Positions 1 through 6,098 of a stretch of DNA of 19,971 nucleotides are shown here, piece by piece (the first letter of the stretch is position 1; each line of letters begins with the position of its first letter). Source of the DNA: a virus. Lineage: Duplodnaviria > Heunggongvirae > Uroviricota > Caudoviricetes. The stretch covers positions 89,815-109,785 of IMG/VR virus record IMGVR_UViG_3300038492_000581, one strand, 5' to 3'. The notes beneath the pieces are model-generated. The model was not told the DNA's origin and searched no databases. It saw only the letters and a program-made list of their open reading frames with translations. A program made the translations under genes and the position numbers.

Positions 1-999
1 TGGAACGACCCTGAACTGGGGCTTCCCTATGTGGCTCAGAATACCGCAGCAAATCGTGGAAATTTTCAAACTTGGATGCTTGCAAAATGTGCATTAGGAC
101 TTCTTGATGTCGCATTAAACTGTAATCCAGATTTGGCTGACAAGACTCTGTTTTTAGATAAAGCCGAACAGATTGGAGACTTTCTTACTGAATTGGCAGT
201 TTATGATACCGGACATGTAATTCTAAACGTGTCTCGCATGCATCCGTCTCGCTTTCAGTGCCACTATCTTTCCTGTACGGAATCTTCTATGATTCCAAAC
301 AATCTGGAAGGCGGTTTGTCTTGGTTGCAGATTCCTGTGGGATTTGCCGCAGTTCGTGGTAATCAGAAAGCCGTTCAGCTTTACGATCGTCTCATCAAAG
401 ACAATACGACTTACGTGGACACTTCAATTGAAGGTCAGTCGGTTACACTTCATAAGTGGGATGGTGAGTGTTCGGTTACTGATCAGGGCGACGGAAGCTT
501 CCATCTTAGTCATATGGGACCATCGACAGCCGGACTTTTGACTGGAGCGGTCGGTCACCACGTCATGTTGAAGTCTTCTGGAGGTAAGATGACTTGGCAT
601 CGTATTATTTCGGTACAGGGAGATAACACCCTAATCATCACCGATGCTTTAGCCAAGTTTAATCGTGCTGCCCCTGGACAGGGCAATTTGACGGTTGTTG
701 ATGAGATGCCGATTGATTCTGAAAGAACTATTATGAACGATGATCTTTCGGATGCATACTACTTCGTAGTTACCGGACCTCAAATTGAGGATTGTAACCA
801 CGAAGCAGATTTTGCTATTCGCACTATCGTGAATAACCCGATTTCAATGCCGGGTCAGGAGAATCGAGAAGTTGACTGGGCTCACGGCCAACATTTCAAC
901 ACATGGTGGAAGAACTGGGGGTTTGTGCTCTACAACTGGGATACGCCGTTTGCTATTAGTCAGTTAATTCACGCTCTTCAGGGTAACATTATGAGTTGA
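1..999 (+). CDS. Hypothetical protein, 5'-truncated (at least 332 aa)
   Basis: Frame 1 is open from base 1 (WNDPELGLPYVAQN...) to TGA at 997-999, so the GTG at 31 is probably internal. No family motif recognised. Confidence 0.8.
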   Translation, partial: WNDPELGLPYVAQNTAANRGNFQTWMLAKCALGLLDVALNCNPDLADKTLFLDKAEQIGDFLTELAVYDTGHVILNVSRMHPSRFQCHYLSCTESSMIPNNLEGGLSWLQIPVGFAAVRGNQKAVQLYDRLIKDNTTYVDTSIEGQSVTLHKWDGECSVTDQGDGSFHLSHMGPSTAGLLTGAVGHHVMLKSSGGKMTWHRIISVQGDNTLIITDALAKFNRAAPGQGNLTVVDEMPIDSERTIMNDDLSDAYYFVVTGPQIEDCNHEADFAIRTIVNNPISMPGQENREVDWAHGQHFNTWWKNWGFVLYNWDTPFAISQLIHALQGNIMS

Positions 1000-1678
1000 T
1001 GTATTCATGAACAAGGTCTGGGAGACATATCTCCCAGACACCACCAGTTGCCGTATCTTTTGCTACAAGCTTTTGCTTGTCATCCGAAATTTCTGTAAAG
1101 CGAGATTTCAGAAATCCTTCGGGGGCTACAATTACATCAGCACCCACAAAGTCTCGTCTGTCAACCGAACAACCTTGCCTCATAACAACTACCGACTGAG
1201 ATGGTGCATTCATAGATTCGAATAGCTTGTCTGCGATGAATCCCGCAAAATGTCTGGCCTCTTTTTTGCCAAAGATGTGTAGCTCATCTCCGTAAACACT
1301 GCTTTTAAAGAGAAGCTTCTTCGGCAAGGCGTCATCATTTTGAACTAATGTAGCACTTATAATACAATCAGATTTTTCCAAAGGGATTTCTTTCTGATCT
1401 ACCGTGACTCCTTTGTATCGAATGTATTTTTCATCCTGATAAGGAGTTGAGGGAAATTCTGTTATCTCGCAACGATCCGCTTTTTCGACAAGAGATAGAA
1501 CAGAGTCATCAAATTTCGTGAAATACGCACGATCGAACATTAGTCCAAAGTTGTCACGAGCTTCATCTTGAGTGGAGCCTGTACCACCAATATTTAGTTC
1601 TTCACAATACGCCACATGAAAAACCTTGCCAGGCCCACAGGGGACGACAGTTTCATGAATGTATACGGCCCGTACCAA
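989..1678 (-). CDS. Protein with N-terminal HicB-like (RNase H-like antitoxin) domain plus unknown C-terminal region
   Basis: N-terminal VAYCEELNIGGTGSTQDEARDNF resembles the HicB pattern (Y.A..p.L....t.G.T.eEA..n). TTG start is uncertain. The 3' end overlaps the convergent ORF 1..999 by 11 nt. Confidence 0.55.
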   Translation of the reverse strand: MVRAVYIHETVVPCGPGKVFHVAYCEELNIGGTGSTQDEARDNFGLMFDRAYFTKFDDSVLSLVEKADRCEITEFPSTPYQDEKYIRYKGVTVDQKEIPLEKSDCIISATLVQNDDALPKKLLFKSSVYGDELHIFGKKEARHFAGFIADKLFESMNAPSQSVVVMRQGCSVDRRDFVGADVIVAPEGFLKSRFTEISDDKQKLVAKDTATGGVWEICLPDLVHEYINS

Positions 1679-1955
1679 CGTAAACGATGTCGTTTATGTC
1701 AGAATATTCTTCGCAAACATTATAAAGTCCTCCCCAAACCGACCAGAACTCGCGGGCGAGTCCTTCGAGAATGGTTCTAAAATGATCCATGGGCTCTCCG
1801 CCCTGTTCGTCTTTTACTCTAAGACGAGCAAGCTGCATCGCGTGCTTGGAAAGCAGCTCGTTTAGCTCCTCGCCTTTACGCTTAATCACATTTCGCACGA
1901 AGTGCGAATAGTTTTCTTCTCCTGAGTATTCTTCAGGCTGTGTTTTTGAAGTCAT
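1653..1955 (-). CDS. Hypothetical helical protein (100 aa)
   Basis: ATG at 1955 has a GAGGGA SD-like element about 8 nt upstream; the ORF overlaps both neighbours in the coupled operon. Confidence 0.75.
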   Translation of the reverse strand: MTSKTQPEEYSGEENYSHFVRNVIKRKGEELNELLSKHAMQLARLRVKDEQGGEPMDHFRTILEGLAREFWSVWGGLYNVCEEYSDINDIVYVGTGRIHS

Positions 1956-2367
1956 CGAGCTTATCCCTCAGAATGTTGAATGGCACATGATTGACCGCAC
2001 ACCTTGCTTGTCCCAGATCATGAGTCATACTAAGAGCTGCCGCGGTATTCATGGAGTGTACAATGAATCGAGTGCCCCGCCAATCTTGTCGCGACTTGGG
2101 ATAGATTAACTTTTCTCGATGGTCTTTTTCGCCATCAAAAACGCCCATAATCCACCGAACAACCTCCGAGCCGGTGTTCTTTTCAGATGTCTCTACATAA
2201 GTTTGGCCGCCAAGGTCGTGGTCAAGGAATACGATATCGAATGTTTTTCCGGCGAGGAATGAAATGGCTCCACGAGCTGTCTCGGCGTAGCTAACATCAT
2301 GTCCCGACAAAGTTTGTTTGAAACGATTAATGCGTATTGGATCGTCTTCAAGAACGAGAATTCTCAT
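1933..2367 (-). CDS. Cyclic-phosphate-processing receiver (cREC)-like stand-alone REC domain protein (144 aa)
   Basis: MRILVLEDD, IVFLDHDLG, TGSEVVRWI and FIVHSMN match the LDHDLG/HSxN signature of the cREC family. Start moved to ATG 2367, which forms an ATGA overlap with the macrodomain stop. Confidence 0.8.
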   Translation of the reverse strand: MRILVLEDDPIRINRFKQTLSGHDVSYAETARGAISFLAGKTFDIVFLDHDLGGQTYVETSEKNTGSEVVRWIMGVFDGEKDHREKLIYPKSRQDWRGTRFIVHSMNTAAALSMTHDLGQARCAVNHVPFNILRDKLDDFKNTA

Positions 2368-2822
2368 ACCATTGCGATAAAAGCGTCTGAACGCAAATAT
2401 CTCTCCAAAACTGGTCTTACTTTTTCTTCCCAATCAAGTTCACCAAGACCACAGCCTACTTGTGGTAGGTAGATCTCTGTACCATTGATTAAAATAAGGT
2501 GGGCAAGATAATGAAGCCGTCGAGTGGATATCTCTATAAGATTGATGTTAGAGAGATCGCTCCAGTGATCTTTTGTCGGAAAGGTAATGACTTCGTGATC
2601 CATGTTGATAAAGACTTCATTACCATACTCTTTAATATTCTCTCCAAGCCATTCTTCCAGAAATGGCACTTCTTCCGCAGCCCGTTTGGCGAAGCCTGCA
2701 CCCATAACGGCTTTGCCGTTAGATTTTACGATGCCATTAGTGGGCACTACAATGAATCTATGTTCACCGCCCGCCCACTGTTGCCAAATATGATCTTGAT
2801 TTTCGGCCTGAATGATTTGCAT
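2364..2822 (-). CDS. Macrodomain protein, DarG/TARG1-like ADP-ribosylhydrolase family
   Basis: Motifs VPTNG...GKAVMGAGFAK, TFPTKDHW..S and LPQVGCGLGELDW. TAATG overlap with the groES-like gene. Confidence 0.85.
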   Translation of the reverse strand: MQIIQAENQDHIWQQWAGGEHRFIVVPTNGIVKSNGKAVMGAGFAKRAAEEVPFLEEWLGENIKEYGNEVFINMDHEVITFPTKDHWSDLSNINLIEISTRRLHYLAHLILINGTEIYLPQVGCGLGELDWEEKVRPVLERYLRSDAFIAMV

Positions 2823-3094
2823 TAATCTGCCCGCTTGGTCGCGAATATATGATCTTGTAACACAACCAACATGCGATTGTCAAGATCAAACGCCGATATT
2901 TTCACGAAGAGAGCAATCTCGCCGATTTCCAAATCTTCTACGTCTTGACCAATGCCAATTACTTCGCCAGTTATAATATCGCCTTCATCTCCGTCTTGCT
3001 CACTTTGAGGTAGATAAATTCCACCTGCACTGATGTCAGAGATTTCCGACGCACGAACAAGAACATATTTTCCACGCGGTTTGAAGTTACTCAT
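2822..3094 (-). CDS. groES: GroES/Cpn10-like co-chaperonin (90 aa)
   Basis: FKPRGKYVLV, mobile-loop SAGGIYLP, GEVIGIG...LEIGE and C-terminal VLQDHIFA. Start moved to ATG 3094 (ATGA overlap with upstream stop 3091-3093). Confidence 0.88.
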   Translation of the reverse strand: MSNFKPRGKYVLVRASEISDISAGGIYLPQSEQDGDEGDIITGEVIGIGQDVEDLEIGEIALFVKISAFDLDNRMLVVLQDHIFATKRAD

Positions 3095-3678
3095 TTCTTT
3101 CTTACTCCGTATCCACATTCCCAGTAGTCATCTTCGGGACACAACCATTCAACTTCACCTTTTTCGACTAACAAGAACACGTCTTCCAGAAGACTGTAAT
3201 GTTCTATACAAAAGGTGAATTCCTCCAATGTACAAAATTCGCGATCAAGAAATGTCAGTTTTGACATAGCGTAAACCCACTGAGATATCTGCCCTTCGGC
3301 TATTATCGCTGTTTCGTTTACCGTGACGCCTTTCTTGGCGTTTGACAAATCTGGTATGGAGCCATCAAGGTCAGAGATAAGAATCCATTTCATATCATTA
3401 CTGACAATCCGTTCCCAGAAGTGGTCCATGTCCTCTCGATCAAAGAACATGGTTATGTAGAATTCTTTATGTTTACTAAGACGCGGCTTCGTCCAAACAA
3501 CCACCCCTATTGCGGCAGTAAACTCTTTCCAAGAAGATTCACAGTCAAATAAGACGGCCTTGTTTCCACGCATAGGCACTTTGACTTGATTGACGGGCTT
3601 TTGTTTTCGCAGGATAGCCGCCAGGCCACTGCTGGCTGAAGAGCTGGTGAATTTTCTATTCGCTGGGTGCCTCGACAT
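3091..3678 (-). CDS. Hypothetical protein (~195 aa, start uncertain)
   Basis: Long ORF fills the operon gap and is coupled to groES. ATG 3678 has an AAGG upstream; ATG 3696 and 3573 are alternatives. Confidence 0.7.
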   Translation of the reverse strand: MSRHPANRKFTSSSASSGLAAILRKQKPVNQVKVPMRGNKAVLFDCESSWKEFTAAIGVVVWTKPRLSKHKEFYITMFFDREDMDHFWERIVSNDMKWILISDLDGSIPDLSNAKKGVTVNETAIIAEGQISQWVYAMSKLTFLDREFCTLEEFTFCIEHYSLLEDVFLLVEKGEVEWLCPEDDYWECGYGVRKK

Positions 3679-3940
3679 CCGCCACACCTTGTGCATTCAG
3701 AAGCTTGAGGTTAATATCGCGACCACTGACCTTTTCTTTAATCCTGACGACTACATTTACCGCACCATTCCTCACGCCCCGCTCAACGACAAGCTTCTGT
3801 CGTACAAGATCTCTGGCCGACTCTACAACGCTTTTTACAATTGAGGTGGCCGCCGCTTGCTTAAATTCTGGAGTTGCCTCGCAGACAATTTTCTTGGGCG
3901 TAATTGTAAACGTCAACATGAATTCCAGTTTTGTAGCCAT
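3656..3940 (-). CDS. Hypothetical protein (94 aa)
   Basis: ATG lies 8 nt after the SLOG stop; protein-like composition. Confidence 0.7.
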   Translation of the reverse strand: MATKLEFMLTFTITPKKIVCEATPEFKQAAATSIVKSVVESARDLVRQKLVVERGVRNGAVNVVVRIKEKVSGRDINLKLLNAQGVADVEAPSE

Positions 3941-3948
3941 TTTCTATC

Positions 3949-4353
3949 TCATGTACTAAGTTTTCTTGGTCTGCCAGCCGGGAAGATGAATAAAGGTTTA
4001 TTGGCCTTGACAGCTTTATCAATCGTATCTTTTGTGCCTCGACTTTTCCCATCCCAAAAAGCCAGTACAATGTCCGAATCGTTGACGATTCGAGTATTCC
4101 TGCGAGGACCAGCCACTTTACCTTCGGTATCCCAGTTTGCAAGATGAATTTGACATTTAATCCCTCCTTCACTATCGGCCGCAAACTTCTCGCCAAGCTT
4201 GTCGGCACCATCGGCTCCACCACTTATGATAGTAACTCCATCAAACTTTTCAGCTAAATGGGATTCCAGGATAAACTGCATTGCGTTTTGAACTGACTTG
4301 TAGTTGTCGAAATCTCGACTACCAACTATTGCGACTCGAAGCCTTCTCGACAT
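3949..4353 (-). CDS. SLOG superfamily protein, YspA/DUF2493-like
   Basis: Motifs AIVGSRDF, IISGGADGAD, ANW...GKVAGPRRN, VLAFWDGKSRGT and IDKA..ANKP. Confidence 0.9.
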   Translation of the reverse strand: MSRRLRVAIVGSRDFDNYKSVQNAMQFILESHLAEKFDGVTIISGGADGADKLGEKFAADSEGGIKCQIHLANWDTEGKVAGPRRNTRIVNDSDIVLAFWDGKSRGTKDTIDKAVKANKPLFIFPAGRPRKLST

Positions 4354-4371
4354 CTGAAATCTCGTATTAGT

Positions 4372-4406
4372 AAAAAAGGGGGTCGGTAAAAAGATGCCGA
4401 CCCCCT
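4372..4406 (-). terminator. Rho-independent terminator
   Basis: Minus strand reads AGGGGGTCGG-CATCTTTTTA-CCGACCCCCT followed by a T run: 9-10 bp GC-rich stem plus U tract, downstream of the protease gene. Confidence 0.85.
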
Positions 4407-4446
4407 CGTCACAATGGAGAAAGTTGGAGGCGACTGAAATGCCTCC
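4372..4446 (-). ncRNA. Candidate ~75-nt small RNA or attenuated leader (5' hairpin, linker, terminator)
   Basis: An 8-bp inverted repeat (4424-4431/4441-4448) is followed by a linker and the terminator. The putative promoter at 4453-4480 would start transcription near 4446, at the base of the first stem. Confidence 0.3.
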
Positions 4447-4452
4447 AATAGT

Positions 4453-4480
4453 ATTATGGTCTCTGTTGGCTACGTGTCAC
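4453..4480 (-). promoter_or_regulatory. Sigma70-like promoter candidate
   Basis: GTGACA (4480-4475), 16-nt spacer, CATAAT (4458-4453); each box is a 5/6 match to consensus. Confidence 0.35.
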
Positions 4481-4481
4481 G

Positions 4482-5138
4482 CTATTTCTCGCAATATTCG
4501 CAGAGCTTCAGGGTTCCGCCCTTTTTGAATTCAGTCTCGCGAACAAACCATTTCAAATATCCAGTCACAATTTCTGCCTCAAGAGGTTGAATAATTACTC
4601 TCGGAGTTCTGTGAAATGCCCACGGATACATAATATAGTCGTTGGCAGTCCCGTTCTTCACAAGAAAATCGCCAGACCATGCATTTTCAACTTCCGAATA
4701 ATTACGCACGTGCGGCATGCCCAGAGCGTGTCCAATTTCATGTGTCATCGTAGCAAAGATTTTTTCTGGATCTTTTTGCTTGACAGGATCTACAATGATT
4801 GTTTGGCTCTCACGTCTCCACAAACCAAGAAGTCCTTCCTTTTCCAGCTCGGCAAAACGAACAGCAATCATGCCTCTTGGTTTTACAGGAAATTTTTTGT
4901 CCGAATAAGTCATTGTGTTAAGAGGAACGGCCTGCCTCCAAAGAGTCTGTGCTCTTTTAAGAGCAACCAAAGCATGAGGATACTTTTTCGCTTCGGACTG
5001 CATGTGCCAAAAATCTACATGAACCCGATACTCTTGTGCAGGGTGCTTTTTAATAGTTGGCTTATTTTGGGGAGCTATAGACACTCCTCCAACAAGTGCA
5101 AAAACCAATACGCTCGCCAACAGTTTAGCCATTAACAT
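4482..5138 (-). CDS. Secreted matrixin/metzincin-like zinc metalloprotease
   Basis: HEIGHALGMPH (HExxHxxGxxH), Met-turn YIMYP, N-terminal signal-peptide-like MLMAKLLASVLVFALVGG, and SD TAAGGAG 7 nt upstream. Confidence 0.88.
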   Translation of the reverse strand: MLMAKLLASVLVFALVGGVSIAPQNKPTIKKHPAQEYRVHVDFWHMQSEAKKYPHALVALKRAQTLWRQAVPLNTMTYSDKKFPVKPRGMIAVRFAELEKEGLLGLWRRESQTIIVDPVKQKDPEKIFATMTHEIGHALGMPHVRNYSEVENAWSGDFLVKNGTANDYIMYPWAFHRTPRVIIQPLEAEIVTGYLKWFVRETEFKKGGTLKLCEYCEK

Positions 5139-5149
5139 TCGTGGTCTCC

Positions 5150-5797
5150 TTACCCATCTGGGCCTTCGGTTTCGCTCAGTCTCTTTTGACGCCCGGACTG
5201 ATAAATATCTTCGGCGTGTCTTTCTGCTACTACGCTGCCGTGCTTTTCTACCACCTTTCTACCATACATGTCGGCACCCTTTTTAGCACCCGCAGCACCA
5301 CTAATTCCCAAAAAGGCGTACAAAAGCATCTTCCAGAATTCCCAATCACCCTTTCTCTCTGGATTTTCTTTGATTGTTTGAAGAATTTCTTTGATAGAAA
5401 CATCTCCGTCGCCATCTTTGTCAATAGGTCCATTATCTTCTTCGAATTCTTCTCGCTTTACACGGGCTTCTTCTTTGAACTCGTCAATTTCTTCTTTGAC
5501 TTCTTCGCGTACTTTTTCGACCTTTTCTGCAACAGTATCTTTAACCGCGTCGACTTTGTCCGTTACTTTGGTAACAGCATTAGTTACAGTTTCGACCTTT
5601 TCTGTTACAGATTCTTTGATCGCATCATACTTTTGTGTAAGAAGCTCAATCTTTTCGTCCGCCTGTTGGACTCGGGTTGCTACTACCGCTGCCGCTTCCT
5701 TCGCGTTCTCCGACGCCTCGCTCGCGTTGCTGATGGTTCCGCATCCAGTCATCGAGCAGCCCATCACCAACAAGAGAATTAAATATAGCCTCATCAT
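5150..5797 (-). CDS. Lipoprotein with amphipathic helical repeats, EF-hand loop and C-terminal transmembrane segment
   Basis: Hydrophobic N-terminus with lipobox-like VMGC/MTGC; ~11-residue-period V/K/E/D/T helix (aa ~60-118); DKDGDGDVSIKE (aa 126-137); FWKMLLYAFLGISGAAGA followed by KK; GAGG SD. Confidence 0.8.
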   Translation of the reverse strand: MMRLYLILLLVMGCSMTGCGTISNASEASENAKEAAAVVATRVQQADEKIELLTQKYDAIKESVTEKVETVTNAVTKVTDKVDAVKDTVAEKVEKVREEVKEEIDEFKEEARVKREEFEEDNGPIDKDGDGDVSIKEILQTIKENPERKGDWEFWKMLLYAFLGISGAAGAKKGADMYGRKVVEKHGSVVAERHAEDIYQSGRQKRLSETEGPDG

Positions 5798-5963
5798 TCC
5801 GAACCTCTAATTTATCTCGTAATTTGAATTTGACCCCAATGTCGATAGGCATGATCGGCAAAGGAACTTGGATTCCAGCAGAAAACTCTACATTATTGTA
5901 CTCTATGGAATTGCATCCCAGAAATAAGGTGCAAAAGGCGAGGAGTATAAGGGCGTTCTTCAT
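5646..5963 (-). CDS. Small lipoprotein (105 aa; last ~50 codons overlap the next gene)
   Basis: MKNALILLAFCTLFLGC lipobox-type signal; strong SD GGAGGT 5 nt upstream of ATG. Confidence 0.75.
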   Translation of the reverse strand: MKNALILLAFCTLFLGCNSIEYNNVEFSAGIQVPLPIMPIDIGVKFKLRDKLEVRNDEAIFNSLVGDGLLDDWMRNHQQRERGVGEREGSGSGSSNPSPTGGRKD

Positions 5964-5983
5964 GATGGACCTCCATGTCCATC
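5964..5983 (-). promoter_or_regulatory. SD-containing hairpin abutting the lipoprotein start codon
   Basis: GATGGAC-ATGGAG-GTCCATC-ATG: a perfect 7-bp stem with the SD GGAGGT split between loop and stem. Confidence 0.55.
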
Positions 5984-5987
5984 TATA

Positions 5988-5997
5988 AGTACGCTAA
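5988..5997 (-). promoter_or_regulatory. Candidate late-promoter box TTAGCGTACT (leftward)
   Basis: Exact 10-mer shared with 6135-6144 in divergent orientation, 24 nt upstream of the lipoprotein ATG. Confidence 0.45.
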
Positions 5998-6098
5998 CAA
6001 TTAAGACAGAATCCCATCTTCCGAGGAATAGCAGTACAAGCCACGTCTTCTCTCGACGCCCATGTCTTTACTCTTGGTACTCAAAGAAACATATATCT

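Noticed and set aside
4414-4437. Plus-strand mini-ORF MEKVGGD in the hairpin region
   Set aside because: Seven codons, no SD, and the opposite orientation to the terminator and flanking genes.
4354-4481. tRNA or CRISPR-like element in the largest intergenic gap
   Set aside because: No cloverleaf or T-loop consensus and no repeat-spacer periodicity; there are only two unrelated hairpins.
4587-5135. Plus-strand 182-aa ORF
   Set aside because: It lies entirely antisense to the well-supported metzincin gene.
5141-5810. Plus-strand ORFs 5141..5782 (213 aa, Phe-rich) and 5391..5810 (Ser/Thr-rich)
   Set aside because: They are antisense shadows of the repetitive Lys/Glu/Val lipoprotein gene, with no SD or recognisable domain.
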